Of a DNA stretch of 64,000 bases, positions 9,576 to 18,000 are shown one piece after another. The stretch is from a virus. The position numbers and the translations under genes were made by a program. Under the pieces are notes generated by a model, which searched no databases, was not told the DNA's origin, and saw only the letters and a program-made list of their open reading frames with translations. Numbering within the stretch: the stretch's first letter is position 1; every line of letters starts with the position of its first letter. The DNA lies in the IMG/VR virus record IMGVR_UViG_3300021376_000045, positions 4,396 through 68,395 of that record; one strand, written 5' to 3'.

Positions 9576-10461
9576 CGTTAGCCAACTTTGCAAAATAGGA
9601 AAGAGATTCATCATCATCATCTAAATTAAACTCCTTTTTAGGTGCAGGCTTAGCAGCAACTGCTTTAGGTCTTTCTTCCGGGAGTTCAGTGTTTTCAGCG
9701 CGCGGGGTACCGCTAGGTGGTGAAAGAACACTTTCAAGCTTTGCTTTCAATTCCTCGTATGTTTTAAAATGTTTAGGATCTAGAAATTCTTGTAGTGAGT
9801 GTTGTTTGTTCCACACTTTTTCTAAATCACTGTCATCTTCTGAGAGGGCAGAAATACTTTCAAACTCAGATTTATCATAATTGCGATAACCTTCTACATT
9901 ACGAATCTTCAGTTTAAAGTTTGCACCTTTCCAAAAATCAAAAGGATTAACTGGCTCCTCATCCTCGTACTGAGGTTGCATTGCGTCTTTAATTTTATCA
10001 AAAATCTTCTTTCCAAACTTATAGAGAAATACCTTACCTTCGTTTTCAGGGTGGGCTGGATCTTTAACAATATAAATGTTGGACACGTAGGTAAGGCGAC
10101 GTTTTTGTTTGCGGGCAATATCTTTGTTTGCCTCAGTGCCTGAATTCCAAAGCTCAGTATTAAGTTCGGATACAGGATCAGGTTTACCTAAAGTCGTTAA
10201 TGAATTTTCAATATACCATTTACCGGTAGGACCTTGGAAGCCATGATTCCAAACTCTTACCCAAGGTAAATCTTCACCTTTAGGTGGGGGTAAAAAACGA
10301 ACCACAGCATAACCATTACCAGCCTTATCAACTTCAGGCTGCCAAAAGCGGTCGTCTTTTTGTGATTCTTGTTGCTGGGGGGTCGCAATCTTTTCTACTT
10401 CTTTCATTAAGGAGTCGAAAGTACCGCGATTCTTTTTGAGTGTTGAAAAGTCTAATGCCAT
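9568..10461 (-). CDS. single-stranded DNA-binding protein gp32
   Basis: DKAGNGYAVVRFLP, WYIENSLTTLG, YKFGKKIFDK, acidic tail. Confidence 0.95.
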   Translation of the reverse strand: MALDFSTLKKNRGTFDSLMKEVEKIATPQQQESQKDDRFWQPEVDKAGNGYAVVRFLPPPKGEDLPWVRVWNHGFQGPTGKWYIENSLTTLGKPDPVSELNTELWNSGTEANKDIARKQKRRLTYVSNIYIVKDPAHPENEGKVFLYKFGKKIFDKIKDAMQPQYEDEEPVNPFDFWKGANFKLKIRNVEGYRNYDKSEFESISALSEDDSDLEKVWNKQHSLQEFLDPKHFKTYEELKAKLESVLSPPSGTPRAENTELPEERPKAVAAKPAPKKEFNLDDDDESLSYFAKLANDD

Positions 10462-10517
10462 GTTATTCTCCGTATATGCGTTGTATAGTTACGTATAAAA
10501 TGCTTATCCACCTTATC

Positions 10518-10546
10518 ATTATATACCTTTATTTATAGTAAATCAA
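10518..10546 (-). promoter_or_regulatory. sigma70-like promoter with nested late promoter
   Basis: TTGATT-17-TATAAT, with TATAAATA (10530-10537) inside the spacer. Confidence 0.7.
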
Positions 10547-11199
10547 CTCACTACTAAGTCACTTTGGTAAAGTTCTGCTATCTGTGTATGTGGATATGAC
10601 CAGAAGTGCTTGGTAATAATTTCACCTTTCCAAAGAAATTGTAACTCCTCATCCTTTAAGTCTTGTGAAATAGGGTATTGGTTATGTTCAATATGATTCA
10701 TCTTTGGAATCATTACTAATTCATTTTCTGGATTCATTCTAAACATCCAGAAATGATGATCATAACCTTTTGAATAATGCCCAACGTGTTTTAATTCTCT
10801 ATGTACTGAAGGTACAGAGATGAAGCCTTGTTTTGAAATCGTCTGTAAGAAACGAAAAGCTGAGGGCGGGTAATGTAAATCTTCTACAGTATGGCAACAC
10901 AAACTAAAATCAAACTTACCGTGTTCATTTACAAATTCTAAAATTGGCTGCCAGGTTCTTTCTTCGTGTAAATCTAGTTGAAAATGTAAAGATGAGGATG
11001 GAAGCAGTTTGTAATCAACCGTTGCATCCACAACAGGAAGTGACCAAGGGGCGGCGGCTGCGCCAACATCTATAACAGTAAATTTTTCTTTTTTTCTTTT
11101 TTCAAGTAAAAAATGTGCTATAGGATCTCTATCTAAAAGATAAGTATAAAAGCCGGTTTGACTTTTACCGTTCCCATCGTAAAAATTTTCAAATATCAC
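10543..11199 (-). CDS. SAM-dependent methyltransferase-like protein
   Basis: VIDVGAA motif I, FDFSLCCHTVEDL. Confidence 0.6.
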   Translation of the reverse strand: MIFENFYDGNGKSQTGFYTYLLDRDPIAHFLLEKRKKEKFTVIDVGAAAAPWSLPVVDATVDYKLLPSSSLHFQLDLHEERTWQPILEFVNEHGKFDFSLCCHTVEDLHYPPSAFRFLQTISKQGFISVPSVHRELKHVGHYSKGYDHHFWMFRMNPENELVMIPKMNHIEHNQYPISQDLKDEELQFLWKGEIITKHFWSYPHTQIAELYQSDLVVS

Positions 11200-11371
11200 T
11201 TTTATATAATTGTTTTTCGTCTAGGTCGTATAATTCATCTTCTTCCACATCTTCATCGTCATTATCTACTAGTTCGTAAATTTGTTTACGATGCTTGCTG
11301 GTCTTATCTGAACCTTTTACAACTTTGTGAATCTTTTTTTCTCTATCAAATTCAAAACCCTTGGTCTTCAT
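11189..11371 (-). CDS. hypothetical protein
   Basis: ORF in operon, basic N-terminus and acidic C-terminus. Confidence 0.55.
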   Translation of the reverse strand: MKTKGFEFDREKKIHKVVKGSDKTSKHRKQIYELVDNDDEDVEEDELYDLDEKQLYKSDI

Positions 11372-11380
11372 TTTAAAAAA

Positions 11381-11500
11381 TTAATTACCTCCTTTAATTA
11401 ACCCAACTACCTTATCCTTTATAGTTTGTGCCCAAGCGGGTTGTGGAACATGCCAACCTATAAAAGCGCCTACTACAATCCAAAAAATAGTTTCTAACAT
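11381..11500 (-). CDS. small membrane protein
   Basis: MLETIFWIVVGAFIGWHVPQPAWA, 39 aa, fills the gap and is coupled to the upstream stop. Confidence 0.55.
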   Translation of the reverse strand: MLETIFWIVVGAFIGWHVPQPAWAQTIKDKVVGLIKGGN

Positions 11501-11721
11501 TAGATTTCTCCCTCTTTGTCTGGAATAACAATATAAGGCCATGCTGTAATTCTTTTACTCATTTCTGATTGATTTTGAGCCATTTTTATAAGAAAACGCT
11601 GTGTATCTTTTAGATGATCGGATAATGAAGAGACGCTATCTTGAAGTAAGCAGATTTCTTTTTCTAATTCAGAAATTCTATCCCTGGTTAAGTCCAACTG
11701 CTCTTCTAAAAATTCGGTCAT
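11500..11721 (-). CDS. hypothetical coiled-coil protein
   Basis: ORF track; operon context. Confidence 0.55.
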   Translation of the reverse strand: MTEFLEEQLDLTRDRISELEKEICLLQDSVSSLSDHLKDTQRFLIKMAQNQSEMSKRITAWPYIVIPDKEGEI

Positions 11722-12292
11722 ATTTTTCTTTTTTAAAATTTAAAAACGGCGCGTACTTTTTAATCAGCCTGGAAAGATCTGGCCATATTAAATCTGTATT
11801 TAAAACTCTATCTAATTCGTCAGTAAAAGGTATAATTTTATTTAAGATAACTAGCGTTTCAATTGAAACATCATTCCTTAAATACATCTTTATTATATAT
11901 GGATGTTGTTGATTTTGAGAAACAAGTAAATCTTCAAACTTAATTTCTTTTTTACCTGAAAAAATAATAAGTTTTTCTATTTCTTTTTCAAACGTATAGG
12001 ATAAAGATTCTATACGTTTTTTCCATCCCATGTAACGATCTCTAGCTTCAGTATCAAATACCCCACCCCATCGATCACCGGATACAAAATTTGCTACTAA
12101 AAATTCTACTACGTCTTTATCCGAGTACTGCTCAGCCACCCTTCTAATAGCAATTAAATCTCTACGTTTCAAAAAAGATTGTTTTGACGCCCGCACCCGG
12201 CCTTGCAATTTAATAGCATCATATTGATCGGTAGTAAAATGTAACCTTAGTGCTAAGTAGTACCGATAAACCTCAAACGGCTCCATAATCAT
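11678..12292 (-). CDS. helicase loader gp59
   Basis: YLALRLHFTT..YD, SIETLVIL, KKYAPFL. Confidence 0.9.
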   Translation of the reverse strand: MIMEPFEVYRYYLALRLHFTTDQYDAIKLQGRVRASKQSFLKRRDLIAIRRVAEQYSDKDVVEFLVANFVSGDRWGGVFDTEARDRYMGWKKRIESLSYTFEKEIEKLIIFSGKKEIKFEDLLVSQNQQHPYIIKMYLRNDVSIETLVILNKIIPFTDELDRVLNTDLIWPDLSRLIKKYAPFLNFKKEKYDRIFRRAVGLNQG

Positions 12293-12549
12293 ATAGGTAA
12301 ATGGCCACGGGGCTTTATCATATTTGCCTGCTCGGCTTCAATCTGTATTTTTTCTTTTAGTTTTTGATTAACCAACGGTCCTACGGCTTCAATATCAATA
12401 TCCACCTCATTACAATAATTAATTATTGCATCCATATAGGTGATATTAAGTTTTGTTACCATTCCATCAATGTACAAAGCAAATTCGTTTGGAGACCGAA
12501 ATCTTTTTGTAATTATTAAAGCATCTGTAAGTTGTTCTTTTTCGTCCAT
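12289..12549 (-). CDS. late transcription coactivator gp33
   Basis: YMDAIINYC..LKEKIQIEA; adjacent to gp59. Confidence 0.85.
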   Translation of the reverse strand: MDEKEQLTDALIITKRFRSPNEFALYIDGMVTKLNITYMDAIINYCNEVDIDIEAVGPLVNQKLKEKIQIEAEQANMIKPRGHLPI

Positions 12550-12860
12550 TATACAAAGAAAATTATACCTAGCATTATAGCTTGTATTGCAAAACCTACT
12601 CCAATAGTAACTACCATCAGCATATCTTTAAGTATAGCTGATCTAAAGAAAAATATCAATAACGACATCCAAAGTAAAAGAATAATATCAAGCGGGGGCA
12701 TCTTTTCTGATAATCCAGACATGATGGCTAAAAAACTTGGCACTGTGGCCATATTAAGTAAGACTACCCCAAGCCAGGACAAGGTATCAGCTGTAGTTTT
12801 AGAAAACGTATCAGTAAACGTTTTTAATTTTTGCACAATTGAATTAAGCTTTTCTTCCAT
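12549..12860 (-). CDS. membrane protein
   Basis: Three hydrophobic helices. Confidence 0.6.
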   Translation of the reverse strand: MEEKLNSIVQKLKTFTDTFSKTTADTLSWLGVVLLNMATVPSFLAIMSGLSEKMPPLDIILLLWMSLLIFFFRSAILKDMLMVVTIGVGFAIQAIMLGIIFFV

Positions 12861-13396
12861 TATACCCTCTCACCGTAAAAAATATGTCTTCCAATTTTTG
12901 TAATCTTAGGTTTATTCCAATTAGGCTGGATGTAATCAGCGTGATAGTACATTGCCTTATGTAAGGAAGGTAATCTATAGTTTTCTAATAGTACTTTTTT
13001 TGCCACCTCCATTGATTCTGTATAATGGGATGCACTTCTAGGTACTTTAGGACCTTCTTCACAATACCATGAAAATTGACAAATAATTTTACTATAGACC
13101 ACGTTTTTCTGAAATACTACACCGCAAATATCAGATGGAAATTTACCTGACTCTACTCTATTAAGAGTAACCTGGGCTACTGCAACCTTTCCTTCAAAAG
13201 GTTCTTGTGCAGCCTCAAAGTAAATGTTTTTGGCCAAGCATGTAAGTTGCTTTTCTCTTTCAGCCATAGAAATGGGAGTTGAATTATACTTAAAAGTTTT
13301 AAGATAATTAAACTTGTTGTTAGTAATAGTCATTACACCGGTAAGTACTATAGCTAGTAATACTACCTTTATAAGAATGTTTATTGGTGTTACCAT
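12860..13396 (-). CDS. SleB-like cell wall hydrolase
   Basis: CLAKNIYFEA, VAQVTLNRV, CQFSW, YHADY..P.W, IGRHIFY; N-terminal TM. Confidence 0.9.
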   Translation of the reverse strand: MVTPINILIKVVLLAIVLTGVMTITNNKFNYLKTFKYNSTPISMAEREKQLTCLAKNIYFEAAQEPFEGKVAVAQVTLNRVESGKFPSDICGVVFQKNVVYSKIICQFSWYCEEGPKVPRSASHYTESMEVAKKVLLENYRLPSLHKAMYYHADYIQPNWNKPKITKIGRHIFYGERV

Positions 13397-13448
13397 TGGT
13401 TCTCCTTCTTAGGGGGGATGTCGTAAAGACCATCCCCTTGTCGTTAGA

Positions 13449-13718
13449 TTACTTCTTGGTGGTAGCTTTATGTTCTACCGGGATTTGAGAAACGAAGCCA
13501 TTTAAGGTTTGAGCCTTAGCAATAATATCGGCTTCGGAGGGATAGGCTGGAAAGCCTGGGTGATCTGGAGGTACTTGACCTGCATGTCTAGCATTTTCTA
13601 CCTTGACTTGCCAGTCATTGCCAATGAGTTCACGTTTTCCATAATAATCTTGCTCCAGCATTGTTTGCGCCATTTTTAAAAGTTCAAGGCGAATCTCGAA
13701 CGGTGTCATATTACTCAT
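13449..13718 (-). CDS. conserved phage hypothetical protein
   Basis: MSNMTPFEIRLELLKMA with SD AAGGAGAA. Confidence 0.7.
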   Translation of the reverse strand: MSNMTPFEIRLELLKMAQTMLEQDYYGKRELIGNDWQVKVENARHAGQVPPDHPGFPAYPSEADIIAKAQTLNGFVSQIPVEHKATTKK

Positions 13719-13785
13719 GTTTACTTCTCCTTTGTGTATGTGTGTAAAAAACAGGTGGTTTAAAGGTCCACCCAAACCTTATTAA

Positions 13786-13944
13786 TTACTTCTTAGCTGC
13801 TTCTTTTTTCTCAGCAGGCTTGGCTGCATCTTTCTTTACTTCAGCTTTCGGAGCATCTTTTTTCTCAGCCGGCTTAGCAGGAGCCTGAGCAAGAGCTGCA
13901 ATGGTAAAAGTAGAAGCAACAATAGCGGCGATAATTGATTTCAT
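13786..13944 (-). CDS. small secreted K/A-rich peptide
   Basis: Not in the ORF track. MKSIIAAIVASTFTIAALAQAPAKPAEKKDAPK; SD AAGGAA. Confidence 0.7.
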   Translation of the reverse strand: MKSIIAAIVASTFTIAALAQAPAKPAEKKDAPKAEVKKDAAKPAEKKEAAKK

Positions 13945-14059
13945 TTTATTTCCTTATAAATTAAAAAATTTACAACTCCACATCAGCTCGTCACCATCGA
14001 TACTATCTAAGGCCACCTTCTGAGGTAAGGAGATAGTCACCAGGCAAGGACTTACTAAT

Positions 14060-14360
14060 TCGTTCTGGTTGATTCTGTTGCCAAGTTCAACCAGAAAAAC
14101 TCCGGTCAGCGTTTAGGCTGCCAGTGCAAATCTTTCGTCGTTTGCGTTTAACGTTTTGTTTCTTCGGCTGAGCAGTCCCAACCCTAACGGCTTTCACATT
14201 GCCGAGTCGTCTATCTCTCTACTCATTGCCCTGTCGAGTCTATTCACCCCCATCAGAAGCATACCACACTACTGCAACATACAATTAGATATGCTTTTGG
14301 TGGAGGTGGGGGGATTCGCACCCCCGTCCAGAACACTTTTCAATAAACTTCATACGACTA
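14060..14360 (-). ncRNA. ssrA: tmRNA, circularly permuted two-piece gene
   Basis: The acceptor piece ending GGGGG-TGCGAAT-CCCCC-CACCTCC-A-CCA (CCA 14298-14300) precedes the coding piece starting GGGGGTG at 14251. G3.U70 pair present. Tag ORF 14145-14113 = ANDERFALAA*. Outer ends are approximate. Confidence 0.92.
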
Positions 14361-14499
14361 TAAATTAAGCATTCTACAACGGTGTAAGTACAATCGTTTA
14401 CCACTACAGTAATCGTTAACTTACCGTATCTACCCTTTGTAGATAGGGACGTTAGTTAAACGTCTTTCTCTGCCATGCTTAAGTTATAAACAGTAGTAA

Positions 14500-14507
14500 T
14501 ATTTATA
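14500..14507 (-). promoter_or_regulatory. late promoter TATAAATA upstream of the RNA island
   Basis: Exact motif in an intergenic region. Confidence 0.6.
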
Positions 14508-14610
14508 TAACCTTAATCTCAACCCCCAACATATAAATTTTAACGTTAAGGCAATAGAAAATCCACTAAGATTACTGGGTTTCGGTAAAAAACTTTACCG
14601 TAACAGAAAA

Positions 14611-14943
14611 TTAATTAAAATTACTAGGTTTTGGTAAAAAAACGTTACCGTTACGCCCTGAGGCAATAATACACAAGTAACTATTATTTTCAACACTTAA
14701 TAATGCAGTAAATGTTTCACTTTTTTTATTAAAAAACAAACTAAACATCCGCTCAGCTCCATCTGCCACATCTTTACCAATAAAGATCGGTACCTCGTCA
14801 AAATGTTTTATAAAGTCTAAGGCTTTTGGAGATAATTCACATACAATGGGTAATAAGGCATTAACTGCTGTATCTTTAGCCTGTAACGGTTTGATAATTA
14901 TTAGACTCGTAAAGATCGCGATAATACAAAAGATTCTTAACAT
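14611..14943 (-). CDS. hypothetical secreted protein
   Basis: Signal-peptide-like MLRIFCIIAIF, two Cys in the mature part. Confidence 0.55.
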   Translation of the reverse strand: MLRIFCIIAIFTSLIIIKPLQAKDTAVNALLPIVCELSPKALDFIKHFDEVPIFIGKDVADGAERMFSLFFNKKSETFTALLSVENNSYLCIIASGRNGNVFLPKPSNFN

Positions 14944-15547
14944 AATCGTCTCTTTTTTGTTTAAAAATTTGTGGTGGGTTATCATCCACAGAAACTAGAA
15001 TGACGATTTTACTCACTGGTATTTTAAACTGCTCTTCAAACATAATTGCGTATGCCGAGCATTGCATAAAATAATTTTCTATATACTCTTCTTTTTTAGG
15101 TCTAGAAGATGTCTTAAAATCTATAATTGATAGGTTACCATCAAACTCACCGATACAATCCACTGTACCCGCCAGCCTTAGATGATCGGAGTACATACGA
15201 GTTTCTTGAGCATGTATATTATTTATTTGATGTAAAACGGTCTTGAATTGTTCAAAACGTTCTTTCTCTATAGGAGTACGAAATTCAACCTCTTTATTGT
15301 CGAGATAATTCTCACATAATTTATGAAATGCAGTACCTCTTGTAGATGCGGCCGTGGTAATTTTTTGTGCCTGTTCATGACCAATTTTATTTCGCCACTC
15401 TTGAATACCGCGTTTACTGTACTCAGAAAGAACAGTAGTAACCGAAGGGTATTTGTTACCCTCCGGTGTTAAATAGTAACGTGTACCGTTTTCGTTTAGT
15501 TGTTTTAATTTAGGAACTTCACGGTCAAGCTTTACATGATGAAACAT
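14876..15547 (-). CDS. PD-(D/E)XK exonuclease
   Basis: YPSVTTVL, RGTAFH, AGTVDC, IIDFKTS, QCSAYA. Confidence 0.85.
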   Translation of the reverse strand: MFHHVKLDREVPKLKQLNENGTRYYLTPEGNKYPSVTTVLSEYSKRGIQEWRNKIGHEQAQKITTAASTRGTAFHKLCENYLDNKEVEFRTPIEKERFEQFKTVLHQINNIHAQETRMYSDHLRLAGTVDCIGEFDGNLSIIDFKTSSRPKKEEYIENYFMQCSAYAIMFEEQFKIPVSKIVILVSVDDNPPQIFKQKRDDYVKNLLYYRDLYESNNYQTVTG

Positions 15548-15552
15548 AATGT

Positions 15553-16191
15553 TTAATGATGCCCTGAAAGCACCTCTATAGCGTGATTGTAATGTTTGAT
15601 TCTATCTTCTAAACCTATAGTACCACCGTTAATTTTTTTAGTAAGTGTCATTATATCATTAGCATCGGCAAACTGATTAAGTTTATTTCGCGCCCAAAAC
15701 CAGCAGGCAGAATGAATGGCGTAGTAAGGATCTAAAAGTAAATCAGGGTCTTCTAGTAAAGTTTCATCTTGAAAGAGCGCCTGAGAACAGGCACGATAAT
15801 TATCTTTACCGGTTAGTTGAAGTAGCCCGCGACCTCGATATTTCCAACCGTCACCAGTTTCTTCTGCCCCATTACCCATTCTACCCCCGTAGGATTTATT
15901 TGCGATAGCCTGGGGGTTACCAGCATACCGCTCAGCAATCCCGGCCGGGTAACGCTGGGGCCAGAGTTTAGTTAAGGTGGCGGCTTTATAATTTAGATTT
16001 TCTTCTAACATCGAAAACCCGCCTGATTCATGAGCGCATTGAGCAACGAAAGCTGCCACGCGCTGTATGGTGCTGATTTCGTATTGAGGTAAAGCCTCAA
16101 CCATGCTTTCGTACCAGGCATCAGACCCACCAAGTGCTCTTGGAACTAAGGCCCGAACCTGATCGGCAGTAAATTCAAATTGAAACGACAT
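15553..16191 (-). CDS. GH19 chitinase-like endolysin
   Basis: AQCAHESGGF, ENLNY, YRGRGLLQLTGKDNY, INGGTIGLEDR. Confidence 0.9.
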   Translation of the reverse strand: MSFQFEFTADQVRALVPRALGGSDAWYESMVEALPQYEISTIQRVAAFVAQCAHESGGFSMLEENLNYKAATLTKLWPQRYPAGIAERYAGNPQAIANKSYGGRMGNGAEETGDGWKYRGRGLLQLTGKDNYRACSQALFQDETLLEDPDLLLDPYYAIHSACWFWARNKLNQFADANDIMTLTKKINGGTIGLEDRIKHYNHAIEVLSGHH

Positions 16192-16211
16192 TCATCTTCC
16201 CCTTATTATTT

Positions 16212-16520
16212 TTAAACTGCAAACGATGATCCGCAACCGCAATGAGTTTTTGCATTTGGATTAGAAATTACAAAAGAAGAGCCTTGAAGCTTATCTGTTT
16301 TATAATCAATAGTTGCACCATCAAAATACTGCATACTTATAGAATCAACTAACAGGTTTTCAATTATAAAATCATCTTCATTTTTATCATCTTCCATTGT
16401 AAAGCCATACTGAAAACCGCTGCAGCCACCGCCTTTTACAAAAGCCCTTACGTATTTTGAATCTTCACCCAAAAGAATTTCATTAATTTGAGCATGGGCA
16501 CTCGGTGTTACAGTTAGCAT
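16212..16520 (-). CDS. A-type Fe-S carrier (IscA/ErpA family)
   Basis: GGGCSGFQY and CGCGSSF. Confidence 0.92.
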   Translation of the reverse strand: MLTVTPSAHAQINEILLGEDSKYVRAFVKGGGCSGFQYGFTMEDDKNEDDFIIENLLVDSISMQYFDGATIDYKTDKLQGSSFVISNPNAKTHCGCGSSFAV

Positions 16521-16893
16521 ATTTTTCCTTGTAATTATTTATTGCCGCTTTAATAGCATCTTCAGCCAATATAGAGCAGTGTATTTTGACAGGAGGGAGT
16601 GCTAACTCCTGGGCAATTTGAGTATTCTTAATAGTTGATGCCTCATCAAGAGTTTTTCCCTTGACCCACTCGGTAACAAGGCTGCTTGAAGCAATGGCCG
16701 ATCCACAACCGTAAGTTTTAAAACGGGCGTCAGTAATAATTCCATCTTCATTTACTTTTATTTGTAGCTTCATTACATCGCCACAAGCTGGCGCCCCAAC
16801 CATACCCGTACCCACAGTAGGATCTTCTTTATCAAAAGACCCTACATTTCTTGGATTTTCGTAATGATCAATAACTTGATTAGAGTACGCCAT
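16483..16893 (-). CDS. iscU: Fe-S scaffold IscU
   Basis: [36 protein letters not shown]. Confidence 0.95.
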   Translation of the reverse strand: MAYSNQVIDHYENPRNVGSFDKEDPTVGTGMVGAPACGDVMKLQIKVNEDGIITDARFKTYGCGSAIASSSLVTEWVKGKTLDEASTIKNTQIAQELALPPVKIHCSILAEDAIKAAINNYKEKYANCNTECPCSN

Positions 16894-17669
16894 TATTTAT
16901 TCTCAAAATCTTCGTGTTTTAACTTGGCTAATATATAGTCTTTAACTAGACTACTTCTTACAATATCTTCAGCTGAGAATTCAATTTTTGTAAAAGCACT
17001 CATATGTGCAGCAATATCAAAAAACTTTAATAGACCAGATTTATCATTAGCTTTTCTAAGATCGGTTTGTCTATAATCACCGCACCAAATAATTTTAGAA
17101 CGATATCCAACCCGCGTCATTACAGTATCTATTTCTTCAAAGTTCATGTTTTGCATTTCATCAACAATAATAATTGCATCATCAAATGACATACCTCTGA
17201 TAAAAGATGTAGAAATAAATTCTATATGCCCCTGCTCCATAAGTCTATCATAAGCATCTTTTCTTTCAAAAAGCGTATGACAAATTTGATGATAAGGTTG
17301 TTGATATATATCTAATTTTTCGTCTATGTCCCCGGGAAGATGTCCCATCTCCCTGGTTTGAACTGCTGAACGAACAATAATTATTTTTTGGAAGGGATTT
17401 GTTTTATCTAAAACTTCCTCTAGGGCTTTGTAAAGAGCTATAAATGTTTTACCGGTACCCGCAACTCCATGCAAAGCGATAAAATAATCACCTCTTTTGT
17501 AAGCGTTATAAAAAGCTTTTTGATTTTCTGTTAATGGTTCAAATGTTTTTAAATGATCTGGTTTTATCCTTAATGTATTACCTACTGCTGTCTGTTTTGA
17601 GCTTGTCCTACTTTCTAGTTCTTCGTTGTGATGTACTACAGCTAATTTGGCAGCTCTTTTATTAGACAT
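16893..17669 (-). CDS. phoH: PhoH-like ATPase
   Basis: GVAGTGKT, RGMSF, DEMQN, GDYRQTD. Confidence 0.92.
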   Translation of the reverse strand: MSNKRAAKLAVVHHNEELESRTSSKQTAVGNTLRIKPDHLKTFEPLTENQKAFYNAYKRGDYFIALHGVAGTGKTFIALYKALEEVLDKTNPFQKIIIVRSAVQTREMGHLPGDIDEKLDIYQQPYHQICHTLFERKDAYDRLMEQGHIEFISTSFIRGMSFDDAIIIVDEMQNMNFEEIDTVMTRVGYRSKIIWCGDYRQTDLRKANDKSGLLKFFDIAAHMSAFTKIEFSAEDIVRSSLVKDYILAKLKHEDFENK

Positions 17670-17682
17670 GTGATCCCTTTAC

Positions 17683-17716
17683 AAAAAAAAAGATCGCCTG
17701 TCAAAGGACGATCTTT
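17683..17716 (-). terminator. intrinsic terminator
   Basis: AAAGATCG..CGATCTTT hairpin followed by a U tract on the minus strand. Confidence 0.6.
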
Positions 17717-17746
17717 ATGTTAAGTTTAAGTTAATTTTATTTACAC

Positions 17747-17992
17747 TCATGATCTAGAGAGTTTATCCTTTAAGTTACTTTTGTAATTAGCGGAACTAAT
17801 TTTGGATAATACCTCCTTAAAACCATCATCATTTCGGCGAATACCTAATCGTACAGAATCACCCATTGCAGGCGCTCCAATAATAGGTTCTAAATAGGTA
17901 TTATCAGTAAGATATATTTCGCGATCTTTCCACGACATAAGTTTATCAAACACCTCGCCGGTTTCAATATTTCTAAAAGTATAGGTAGGCAT
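17747..17992 (-). CDS. FmdB-like small protein
   Basis: MPTYTFRNIETGE..DDGFKEVLSKI; TATAAATA directly upstream. Confidence 0.65.
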   Translation of the reverse strand: MPTYTFRNIETGEVFDKLMSWKDREIYLTDNTYLEPIIGAPAMGDSVRLGIRRNDDGFKEVLSKISSANYKSNLKDKLSRS

Positions 17993-18000
17993 ATCTTTAT

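Noticed and set aside
13975-14005. Fluoride riboswitch or hammerhead resemblance (GATGGTG..GCTGATG)
   Set aside because: The required pairings and conserved core residues are missing.
14156-14368. 70-aa plus-strand ORF
   Set aside because: It is antisense to the tmRNA and the sequence is explained by the RNA gene.
14571-14654. DGR template/variable repeat pair
   Set aside because: Too short, mismatches are not adenine-specific, and no reverse transcriptase is in the window.
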